Source of the DNA: Minisyncoccota bacterium
Lineage (GTDB): Bacteria > Patescibacteriota > Minisyncoccia > Phycocordibacterales > UBA12079
NCBI GenBank assembly: GCA_023135835.1
Contig: JAGLSI010000001.1
Coordinates: 2,400 to 66,399 of the forward strand
Direction of reading: 5' to 3'
DNA: 64,000 nucleotides
The translations under genes and the position numbers were made by a program. The notes beneath the pieces are model-generated. The model worked only from the letters and a program-made list of their open reading frames with translations. It had not been told where the DNA came from and did no database searches. Positions 1 through 8,054 of the stretch are shown piece after piece (position 1 is the stretch's first letter; each line of letters starts with the position of its first letter).

Positions 1-1
1 A

Positions 2-511
2 GAGCTTATTGAAACAATAGATAAGTATAGAAATAGGTATGCTAAATATACTAATTATAAAATACCTCCACACATAACTATTTATCCACCTTTTTATTTA
101 AAAAAGATATCAGAAAAAGAAATTTTAGAATTAATTAAATTTTCTTTAAAAAACACAAATAAACATTCTTTAAATTTTAACTCAATAAGTTATTTTGAAG
201 AGGGAAATAATGTTGCTTTTTTTGCTCCTAATAAAAGCTCAAATAATTTTATAAGACAAGTTTTTTTAAAAGTAATAGAGAATTTAAAAAGCAGAGTGGA
301 AGATGTTTATAATGATTATAAGATGTCTGTTAAAGATTTTAATCCTCATTTAACAATAGCTGAACAAATACCTGATGATATGTTTGAAAAATTTAAAAAA
401 GAATTAAATAATACAAAAGAAAACCTTGTTTTTGAGTGTAATTCTTTGTGCTTATATAAACAAGAATCAAAATCAAGAATTTGGAATAAAGTTGGAGAAA
501 TAAAATTTTAA
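2..511 (+). CDS. 2H phosphoesterase family protein (LigT-like), 5' end outside window
   Basis: Open frame from window edge; two H-x-T-x motifs (PPHITIYPP and NPHLTIAEQ) typical of 2H phosphoesterases. Confidence 0.55.
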   Translation, partial: ELIETIDKYRNRYAKYTNYKIPPHITIYPPFYLKKISEKEILELIKFSLKNTNKHSLNFNSISYFEEGNNVAFFAPNKSSNNFIRQVFLKVIENLKSRVEDVYNDYKMSVKDFNPHLTIAEQIPDDMFEKFKKELNNTKENLVFECNSLCLYKQESKSRIWNKVGEIKF

Positions 512-530
512 TATTTGATATAATATTTAT

Positions 531-1199
531 ATGCAAACAATTTTAATCACAGGAATAGATAAAGGAATAGGGAAGGTTATAGCACAAAAGTTTTTAAGTG
601 AGGACTATTTTGTTATAGGAACTTCACTTCAAAATGAAGTTGATTTTTCAGATGAAAATTTAAAAGTTTTTCAAATGGACTTACTTTCAGATGAATCTAT
701 AAAAAACTGTGTGCAAGAGATTAATAATTTCAACAAAAAAATAGATATTTTAATAAATAATGCTGGGGTAATGGTAGATAAAGAAGAAACTACAGTGATA
801 AAAGAAAAATTAAGAAAAACCTTAGAGATAAATTTAATTGGAACAATAGATTTTACAGAACAAATCTTATCTGAAATAAATGAAGGAGGGCATATTATAA
901 ATATTTCTTCTTCAGCTGGGTCAATGAGTAGAACAGGAAGAGAAAGTAGGATGCCTAATCATTATCCATCTTATAAAATTTCTAAAATAGCTTTGAATAT
1001 GTATACAAAGACATTAGCTTTAAGACTAAAAGATAAAATTATAGTTTCATCTGTGCATCCAGGTTGGGTAAAAACCGATATGGGGGGACAAGAAGCAAAC
1101 CTTACTATAAAAGAATCAGTAGAAAATATTTTTAATTTTGCAATAACAAAACCAGAAACAGGGCAATTTTGGTTTAAAGGAGAAAAATATCCTTGGTAG
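531..1199 (+). CDS. short-chain dehydrogenase/reductase (SDR) family oxidoreductase
   Basis: N-terminal TGxxxGIG Rossmann motif (ILITGIDKGIGKVIAQKF), NNAG motif, catalytic YxxxK (YKISK). Confidence 0.8.
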   Translation: MQTILITGIDKGIGKVIAQKFLSEDYFVIGTSLQNEVDFSDENLKVFQMDLLSDESIKNCVQEINNFNKKIDILINNAGVMVDKEETTVIKEKLRKTLEINLIGTIDFTEQILSEINEGGHIINISSSAGSMSRTGRESRMPNHYPSYKISKIALNMYTKTLALRLKDKIIVSSVHPGWVKTDMGGQEANLTIKESVENIFNFAITKPETGQFWFKGEKYPW

Positions 1200-1413
1200 A
1201 ATTTATTAGATAATGATATAATAGACAAATGTTTAAAAGAATTTTAGGAGTAATATTATTATTGTCTATTGTTGTGGTTTATATTGCTTACCCGTATTAC
1301 GGAACTGTTTCAGCCGAAGTATTTAATATTTCTAAATATTTAGTTGGAATTTTAGGAGCTTGGGCAAGTCTTAAATTAATACTTTAAAAATTAATAATTA
1401 ATTAAAATTTATT

Positions 1414-2259
1414 ATGGTTAAAAAAGAAGAAAATAATACATGTTGTTTAGGTTTTCCTGAAGCTTGTATGTCTAGAATAATTAAATCAGTAATTTTAGTA
1501 TTAGTTGTACTAGCTTTATTTTTATTAGTTAAAACTTACGGAGCTTTGAAAGAGAATTCATTTATTGGTCAAGATATAATGGCTCAAAATACTATAACAG
1601 TAACTGGTGAAGGAGAAGTTTCAGCTATTCCTGATATTGCTAAATTTTCTTTTGCAGTAAAAGAAGAAGCAAAGACTGTAGAACAGGCTCAAGAAAAAGC
1701 GACTGAAAAAATGAATGCTGTTTTGGATTTCTTAGATAAAGCAGGAGTTGATGATAAAGAAATTAAAACAACAGGATATAATATTTATCCTCGTTATGAA
1801 TGGTGGAATAAAGAAGTTATGTGTGAAGGGGGTTATTGTCCTCCAACCGAGAGACAGAGAACACTTGTTGCTTATGAAGTAAGTCAAAATATTTCAGTTG
1901 AATTAAAAGATGTTGATAGTGCGGGAGAAATTTTAGCAGGGATTGGTTCCTTAGAGGTTTCAAATGTAAGTGGTCTTAGTTTTGATATAGATGATAAGGA
2001 TGGGTTAGAGCGAGAAGCTAGGCAGGAAGCTATTGACGAAGCTCAGTCTAAAGCTAAAGAATTAGCAAAAGATTTAGGTGTAAAATTAGTAAGAATTGTT
2101 TCTTACTCATCTAATGACGGAAGAAATGTTTATCCGCAATATGCTGTAATGGAAAAAAGTATGGCCTATGGAATGGTTGATAGTGTTTCAGTTCCTGAAA
2201 TCCCTGTAGGAGAAAACGAAATTAAAACAACAGTGTATCTTACATACGAGATTAAATAA
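1414..2259 (+). CDS. SIMPL/DUF541 domain protein with N-terminal TM anchor
   Basis: TM helix then TITVTGEGEVSAIPDIAKFSFAV... pattern characteristic of SIMPL (26 kDa periplasmic antigen) family. Confidence 0.6.
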   Translation: MVKKEENNTCCLGFPEACMSRIIKSVILVLVVLALFLLVKTYGALKENSFIGQDIMAQNTITVTGEGEVSAIPDIAKFSFAVKEEAKTVEQAQEKATEKMNAVLDFLDKAGVDDKEIKTTGYNIYPRYEWWNKEVMCEGGYCPPTERQRTLVAYEVSQNISVELKDVDSAGEILAGIGSLEVSNVSGLSFDIDDKDGLEREARQEAIDEAQSKAKELAKDLGVKLVRIVSYSSNDGRNVYPQYAVMEKSMAYGMVDSVSVPEIPVGENEIKTTVYLTYEIK

Positions 2260-2426
2260 CTAAAAAGTAAAATTATAAAATCGTTCATTGGGAATTATTT
2301 TTGATGAGCGGTTTTTTATATTAAAAAATATTTATCTTTACAAATTATTTAAATAATATAATATAAAAATTAGAAAACAACAGTAGATTAAGTTCTTAAA
2401 ATAAATCACTAAAAGAGGAGTAGATT

Positions 2427-2978
2427 ATGATTTCAAAGCAATGGAGAAGATTGTATTTGTTTGTTGTATTAATGGTTATTATATATAAACATATAAACAG
2501 CGGAGACCCTGTTCAGTGGATACTATTAGCTGTGTCTGGGGTGTTGTTAGTCGGTAGTTTTATACTTTTTCATATTGAAATAGAAGCTGAATCAAAAGAC
2601 CCTGTTCTTGTAAATCCTTGGGTAGTTATGTTTTCGTTAATAATGACCACTTCTTTTTACCTTTATTATGTTGGAGTTTTTATTAATACAGAGCCAAAGA
2701 TGTTGATTAATTGTATTTTCCCATCCATGTGTTTAATTATATTGATAGGAATATTTTTCATAGTTAGTTTTATAGGGGAGTTTTATTTAAGTATTGCCTT
2801 AAAAGGTGATATTAAGGAAGCTGGTTTCCTAAAGGTTTTATTCAGTTTTCTGAAATTTCCTTTTGTATTAAAAAATATAATACTTCTTCTTTTTACAATG
2901 ACAGTACCTACTAAAGAAGAAAAGAAAAAAACAACAGAAGATATCGCCGACAAAGAGATTGAAGGTGAAATGGCTTAA
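2427..2978 (+). CDS. hypothetical multi-pass membrane protein
   Basis: ORF with 4-5 hydrophobic segments, good SD (aaagaggag) 8 nt upstream. Confidence 0.45.
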   Translation: MISKQWRRLYLFVVLMVIIYKHINSGDPVQWILLAVSGVLLVGSFILFHIEIEAESKDPVLVNPWVVMFSLIMTTSFYLYYVGVFINTEPKMLINCIFPSMCLIILIGIFFIVSFIGEFYLSIALKGDIKEAGFLKVLFSFLKFPFVLKNIILLLFTMTVPTKEEKKKTTEDIADKEIEGEMA

Positions 2979-2988
2979 TGTTGTTCAA

Positions 2989-3030
2989 GCCCCAGCTATC
3001 CGTAAATAGGATAGATGGGGCTTATTTATT
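2989..3030 (+). terminator. rho-independent terminator hairpin (gccccagctatcc...ggatagatggggc)
   Basis: 13-bp GC-rich stem plus T-run after stop of 2427..2978. Confidence 0.5.
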
Positions 3031-3099
3031 TAATTTATTTTCTTTAAATTAAAAATCTCTTGACTTTTGGGTTAGTAAAAAGTATTATTTAGTTAAATT

Positions 3100-3124
3100 A
3101 AAAAGCCCCGAGGGGCTTTTTTAA
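3100..3124 (+). terminator. rho-independent terminator (aagccccgaggggctttttt)
   Basis: perfect GC stem followed by T6. Confidence 0.6.
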
Positions 3125-3152
3125 AAGGGAATTTAAATAAAAAATACTATGA

Positions 3153-3272
3153 ATCCTGTTAGAGATTTGGCGAAAAATATTTATTTTATTTTTTTAAGAA
3201 TAATAGGGATAAAGAATTTATTAATTTAATCGAGAAACGTTTATCCAAGGATAAACTATCTCTAATGGGATG
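3153..3272 (+). promoter_or_regulatory. conserved leader stem ATCCTGTTAGAGAT / ATCTCTAATGGGAT enclosing ~90 nt AT-rich loop; 3' arm overlaps secE AUG
   Basis: 14-nt arms are reverse complements (with G-U); same arrangement recurs at 13934-14030 and 34813-34913. Confidence 0.5.
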
Positions 3273-3455
3273 AAAATAATTGATTATATAAAAGATACAA
3301 GAGGAGAATTGAAGCATGTTTCTTGGCCTACAAGAAATCAGGCTATTTGGTTTACTGTGATTGTTATTATTGTTTCCATACTAACAGCTTTTTTCTTAGG
3401 TTTTTTTGATTTTATTTTTTCATTAGGTTTAGATAACTTTATTTTTAGTAAATAA
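3270..3455 (+). CDS. secE: preprotein translocase subunit SecE
   Basis: 61 aa, single C-terminal TM, KHVSWPTRNQAIWFT motif, immediately upstream of nusG. Confidence 0.75.
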   Translation: MKIIDYIKDTRGELKHVSWPTRNQAIWFTVIVIIVSILTAFFLGFFDFIFSLGLDNFIFSK

Positions 3456-3466
3456 ATAATTAATTT

Positions 3467-4012
3467 ATGTCACGACAAGAAGAAAATGCAAAAAGAAATT
3501 GGTACGCAGTTCATACTTATGTAGGGTATGAAAATACTGTAGTACGAAATTTAAAACAAAGAATAGGGTCTTTTGAAATGGAAGATAAGATTTTTGATGT
3601 GGTTGTTCCAACAGAAAAAAAGATTAAAATTAAAGGAGGGAAGAGGATAGAGGAAGAAGAAAAAATTTATCCAGGGTATGTTTTAGTAGATATGATTGTA
3701 ACTGATGACTCATGGTATGTTGTAAGAAACACTCCTAGAATTACAGGTTTTGTTGGTGTTGGTGTAAACCCTGTACCAGTAGACGAAAAAGAAATGACTG
3801 AATTAAGAAGAAGAATGAATTCTGATATTACAAAACATACATTAGATATTGAAGTAGGAGATATGATTAGTATAATTGATGGACCTTTTAAAGATACTGA
3901 AGGAAAAGTTTCTGAAGTAGATGAAGAAAGAGGAAAGATTAAAGTAATGGTGTCTATGTTTGGTCGCGAGACACCTGTTGAGTTAGACTCTTTGCAGGTT
4001 AAGAGAATCTAA
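3467..4012 (+). CDS. nusG: transcription termination/antitermination factor NusG
   Basis: NGN domain (WYAVHTYVGYEN) and C-terminal KOW (GDMISIIDGPFKDTEGKV); secE-nusG-rplK synteny. Confidence 0.9.
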   Translation: MSRQEENAKRNWYAVHTYVGYENTVVRNLKQRIGSFEMEDKIFDVVVPTEKKIKIKGGKRIEEEEKIYPGYVLVDMIVTDDSWYVVRNTPRITGFVGVGVNPVPVDEKEMTELRRRMNSDITKHTLDIEVGDMISIIDGPFKDTEGKVSEVDEERGKIKVMVSMFGRETPVELDSLQVKRI

Positions 4013-4096
4013 GGAGAGAGTAAAGCGACGGAGTTATTTAGATGCTTCTAAGTATAAAATTACTTATCTAGATAATAAAATTAATAAATAATAATA

Positions 4097-4198
4097 GAAA
4101 GTTCATAAAGTCCATAAAGTTTATAAAGTGAAAAAATTGTTTTACAATTTTTTAAAAAACTTTTAACTTTTAACTTTATAAACTTTTAACTAAAAGTT
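4097..4198 (+). repeat. intergenic inverted-repeat leader element copy A (GTTCATAAAGTCCATAAAGT...central hairpin...ACTTTATAAACTTTTAAC) ending at rplK AUG
   Basis: one of seven similar tripartite elements in the window. Confidence 0.7.
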
Positions 4199-4621
4199 AT
4201 GGCAAAAGAAGCAATAAAAAAAATTAAATTACAGATTGAAGGTGGGAAAGCTACACCAGCCCCTCCTTTGGGTCCTGCTTTAGGACAAGCGGGGATTAAT
4301 ATTGGGGAATTTGTAAATCAGTTTAACGCAGCTACAAAAGACAGAATGGGAGAAATTGTACCCGTAGTTATATCTCTTTATGAAGATAGGTCTTTTGATT
4401 TTATAACAAAAACTTCACCTGCTTCAAGAATGATTTTGAAAGCTATTGGAGAAAAGAAAGGTTCTGGTAAAAATTTAGTAAAAAGAGCGGGAACAATTAC
4501 CAAAGCTCAAGTTAGAGAAATTGCAGAAGCAAAATTAGTAGACTTAAGCGCTAATGATGTTGATCAGGCTATGAAAATTATTGAAGGAACAGCAAGATCA
4601 ATGGGAGTTGAAGTTAAATAA
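4199..4621 (+). CDS. rplK: 50S ribosomal protein L11
   Basis: [35 protein letters not shown] signature. Confidence 0.95.
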   Translation: MAKEAIKKIKLQIEGGKATPAPPLGPALGQAGINIGEFVNQFNAATKDRMGEIVPVVISLYEDRSFDFITKTSPASRMILKAIGEKKGSGKNLVKRAGTITKAQVREIAEAKLVDLSANDVDQAMKIIEGTARSMGVEVK

Positions 4622-4807
4622 TCCTAAATTTAGCACATTTCTTCGTCAGCTTTAGAAAAATTATTTTCGCCGTATGTTCAATACGGCTCAAAAAATTTTT
4701 CTTTGCTTCCTCGAACTGCATTTAAATTTTGGATTATTTTAAAAACTACCATTCTCTACTAAAGTAGAGAACAGTAATTTTTATTTTATATTCCATGTTG
4801 GGAGAAG

Positions 4808-4837
4808 AGCGTCGGCAAAGCCGACGCTCTTTTTTAA
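4808..4837 (+). terminator. rho-independent terminator (gagcgtcggcaaagccgacgctctttttt)
   Basis: 10-bp GC stem plus T6 in the non-coding stretch after rplK. Confidence 0.6.
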
Positions 4838-4939
4838 AAGGAGTGTTGGGGTAACGGGAAGGTACCGTTACCCTTGATAAAAGATTTTAAAATTATTTTA
4901 AAAGGTTTTGGATTACCAAGACTATTTTAAAGTTTTTTC

Positions 4940-5419
4940 TTGTTTTTAAAATATTTTTTATGTTATTATATTGGAAATATGAAAAAAATTAATAGAAATT
5001 TAGTTGAAGCAGGAAATGCTAGAAATGAAGATTATAAACAGCTTTTAAAAAAAATTATTAAAGACGGTTTATGTCCTTTTTGTTGGGAAAATTTTGAAAA
5101 GTATCATCCTAAACCTATTTTTGAAAAAAGAAAATATTGGTTAGTTTCAGAAAATATTTATCCATACGAAAATTCAAAGAATCATTTTATACTTGTTGCT
5201 AAAAGACATTTAATATTTCCAAGCGAGTTATCTAAGGAAGAGTGGCAGGAATTACTTGAATTAATAGAGTTTTTAAAAGAAAAAACTAACTCAAATAGCG
5301 GTACTTTGTTAATGCGTTTTGGGGAAACAATTAATACAGGAGCTTCTGTTGAGCATTTACATGCCCAGTTTATAGTTGCAAAAGATAAGAGGTATCCGAT
5401 TATTACTAGAATTGGTTAA
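4940..5419 (+). CDS. HIT-superfamily (GalT/Ap4A-phosphorylase-like) protein; alternative start 4979
   Basis: C-terminal histidine triad SVEHLHAQFIV; CPFC motif; sits where rplA normally follows rplK. Confidence 0.55.
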   Translation: MFLKYFLCYYIGNMKKINRNLVEAGNARNEDYKQLLKKIIKDGLCPFCWENFEKYHPKPIFEKRKYWLVSENIYPYENSKNHFILVAKRHLIFPSELSKEEWQELLELIEFLKEKTNSNSGTLLMRFGETINTGASVEHLHAQFIVAKDKRYPIITRIG

Positions 5420-6279
5420 TTATCTTGAATTAAGATAACCTCAATATTAAAAGCATTAAAAATATTTTCTGCATCTAAGACAGAATAACCCTCTGAATAA
5501 TAAACCTTTTTAATCCCTGCACCTGCTATTAATTTTGCGCAGGTTGGGCATGGAAAGGTTGTTACATAAATTGATGCCCCGTCTAAAGATATACCTTCTT
5601 TAGCTGCATAACTAATCAAACTTGCTTCAGAGTGAATTGCTGTAGATAAATCGTATCTTTCTCCTGCATCAAAATTACTTCTTGGGTCTCCGTAAATATC
5701 CATACTAAAATCTGTTGGAACATGTTTGTTATATCCTGATAAGATAACCTTATTATCTTTAACGATAACTGAACCAACTTGCCGCCACCAATCAGAGCTT
5801 AATTTTTTTTGTTTTAAAGCTTCGCCCATCATTGTTTGATGGAATTTCTCAATAGTTATTTTCCTATTAGGGTGAACTTCTGTTTCTTGTAGGGTGATAG
5901 GTTTATCCCAGCGTAAAAAAACATTTTCAAAGCTTATGTTTTTATTATCTTTAAAATACTTTTTTTGAATTTCTTTTGATACAGCTTCGTCTGGAAAGAT
6001 TATTTCAAAATTTTCTTCTTTTTTAATTTCTTCTAAATTGTTTTTATCCAAAATATTAACATTTTCAAAAATATTAAGTGATTTAATTGCTTTCTGCATA
6101 ACCATTTCATCCATTGTTCTTAAGTCTCTTTCAAAATATTTATAAATAGAAGATTCTATAAGTAAATTTTTATCAATTAGGTATATATTAGTAGGAAATT
6201 TTTTAAATAATTTAATATAACCTGCATGCAGAACAGGGACAAAAGCAATTAAAATTTGTTTTGTTTTATTAGTATTCAT
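5416..6279 (-). CDS. dCMP deaminase (ComEB-like) with ~140-aa N-terminal extension of unknown function
   Basis: C-terminal HSEASLISYAAKEG...PCPTCAKLIAGAGI zinc-binding cytidine/dCMP deaminase motifs. Confidence 0.8.
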   Translation of the reverse strand: MNTNKTKQILIAFVPVLHAGYIKLFKKFPTNIYLIDKNLLIESSIYKYFERDLRTMDEMVMQKAIKSLNIFENVNILDKNNLEEIKKEENFEIIFPDEAVSKEIQKKYFKDNKNISFENVFLRWDKPITLQETEVHPNRKITIEKFHQTMMGEALKQKKLSSDWWRQVGSVIVKDNKVILSGYNKHVPTDFSMDIYGDPRSNFDAGERYDLSTAIHSEASLISYAAKEGISLDGASIYVTTFPCPTCAKLIAGAGIKKVYYSEGYSVLDAENIFNAFNIEVILIQDN

Positions 6280-6866
6280 TAAATTCTATTAATAAAATCA
6301 TCAGTTAGTTTTTTGATTTCATCAGTTAATTTTTGAGCACCTTCAATCATTAATGTTCTAACACGAGCTGTTGTTGACGTAGTTGCTTGTGGTTCTAAAG
6401 CAATAACCTCTTTACAATATTTTTTTATTTGCTCTATACGACTTTTATTAAGATCTTTGGTTGTTTTAGACATAATATAGACATCAGGTTTTATTACCTT
6501 TCTAAGAGCATCTAGGTCATTTAAATTATTTTGCATTACTAATATATCTACAGAGCGTAAATGAGATACGATTCCAACTCTTTCTTTTTCAGGGACAACT
6601 GGACGGCTGGGACCTTTTCTTTTTTTAGTTAGTGCGTCTGATTCTACTCCCACAATAAGTATATCTCCGTAAGATTTTGCTTTTTCTAGATAAGCAGCAT
6701 GACCAATATGTAACAAATCCCATACTCCTTGAGTTAAGACTATGCGATAATTTGATTCTTTTAAAAGTTTAACTATTATTTCTAATTGACTCAAGTCTTT
6801 AATAAATCTTTTTTCTAAAGGAGTATTGTTATCTAAAATTTCTTTTATTGTTATCTGCTTAGGCAT
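6279..6866 (-). CDS. RfaE domain II-like cytidylyl/adenylyl-transferase (HxGH nucleotidyltransferase)
   Basis: GVWDLLHIGHAAYLEKAKSYGDILIVGVESDA...KRKGPSRPVVPEKER closely follows HldE C-domain/TagD pattern. Confidence 0.6.
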   Translation of the reverse strand: MPKQITIKEILDNNTPLEKRFIKDLSQLEIIVKLLKESNYRIVLTQGVWDLLHIGHAAYLEKAKSYGDILIVGVESDALTKKRKGPSRPVVPEKERVGIVSHLRSVDILVMQNNLNDLDALRKVIKPDVYIMSKTTKDLNKSRIEQIKKYCKEVIALEPQATTSTTARVRTLMIEGAQKLTDEIKKLTDDFINRI

Positions 6867-7025
6867 GATTATTTTTATTTTATTAATAATTAATATTGAT
6901 TATATGTGTTAGTCCTTTTTTTGCAATTATTGTAAATAGGATAACTTGTTGATAAATATATAAAAATACAGACCTTCGTAATTAAACACGAAGGTCTGGT
7001 TTTGAGATATAAATCCCAAGGGTTT

Positions 7026-7931
7026 TTATATTGCAACAGGAATTTCTGGCATAGATGGATGAGCTTTGTAATCAAATAAAGAAAAATCATCTTTTCTATA
7101 ATCAAAAATACCATCTCTTTCAATATGTTTCACTCTTGGAAAAGGGAATGGTTTTCTTTTGATTAATTTTTTTGCAAAAGGTATTTGGTCCAGATAAATA
7201 TGAGCATCCAATATTGTATGAACATATTCATAAGCTTCATATCCTGTAGCTTTGGCTAAAGCTAAGGTTAATGCAGCGTACTGAATCATATTAGAAGGAA
7301 CTCCAATAAGAATATCACCAGATCTTTGAACCATTGTGAGTGTTAATTTCTTATTAACAATTCTCACATGAATTAGTCCATGGCAAGGTACAACAACAAC
7401 CTTACGATTTTTTCCTTTTCCGCTGAAAATATATTCAGGAATAAAAGGGGTGATTATGTGTGTTCTTAAGTGGGGTATCTCTTTGATTTGTTCAACCAAA
7501 TTTTTGAATTGGTTGAATGTTTCTCCGTTTACCATTGGAAAATCATGAAAAGCAACTCCGTAAGATCCATGTCCAAGATCTCCCATTTCTAAACCCATTT
7601 GAGAGCATTTTTTTTCAGTAACCCATGATTTCCACCAAGAACAACCAAATTTTTCAAGCTCTTCTTGAGTTCGGGCTCCATTAATAAATCCAAAAAGTTC
7701 TCCGATAGGAAACTTCCAAAATGAAGAAATATTCCTTTCTGTAATTATTGGGAAACCGTTACTTAAACGGAATTTCATTGGTGTAGACCCTGGTAGAAAT
7801 AAGGCGCCTACATGTTCACTCTCTTTGTTTACAAGTTGAGTTTTTTCTTCCTTTTCTCCATTTTTCAATACTTCTTTAATAAGATTTTGATACTGATAAT
7901 CAACAGTTCTTTCCTTATTATAATTAATCAT
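7026..7931 (-). CDS. thyA: thymidylate synthase
   Basis: PCH active-site Cys, MVQRSGDILIGVPSNMIQYAALT, DAHIY, C-terminal PVAI as in E. coli ThyA. Confidence 0.85.
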   Translation of the reverse strand: MINYNKERTVDYQYQNLIKEVLKNGEKEEKTQLVNKESEHVGALFLPGSTPMKFRLSNGFPIITERNISSFWKFPIGELFGFINGARTQEELEKFGCSWWKSWVTEKKCSQMGLEMGDLGHGSYGVAFHDFPMVNGETFNQFKNLVEQIKEIPHLRTHIITPFIPEYIFSGKGKNRKVVVVPCHGLIHVRIVNKKLTLTMVQRSGDILIGVPSNMIQYAALTLALAKATGYEAYEYVHTILDAHIYLDQIPFAKKLIKRKPFPFPRVKHIERDGIFDYRKDDFSLFDYKAHPSMPEIPVAI

Positions 7932-8054
7932 TATTATCCCCCTTATTTATATTTTATTTTAAAATAATTACAATCTAAATATTTTATACTCTTTATTATT
8001 AAGAAAAGCAATATCTAATAGAAATAAAGAAATAATTGTGCTAATATTTTATTT

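Noticed and set aside
971-1228. Antisense ORF overlapping the SDR gene, and similar antisense or embedded ORFs (6890..7123, 11630..11851, 13002..13211, 13534..13737, 16056..16280, 19492..19701, 19762..19953, 27342..27539, 28559..28801, 34324..34518, 40758..40997, 41542..41748, 49720..50091, 51654..51839, 51844..52026, 51957..52163, 56019..56210, 56809..57003, 62786..62989)
   Set aside because: Each lies opposite or inside a longer ORF with clear homology or motifs. AT-rich genomes produce many such spurious frames.
4640-4940. Possible degraded rplA in the non-coding gap after rplK
   Set aside because: No frame of meaningful length and no L1-like motifs. Only hairpins and terminators are present. 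It is kept only as a remark within the L1-absence finding.
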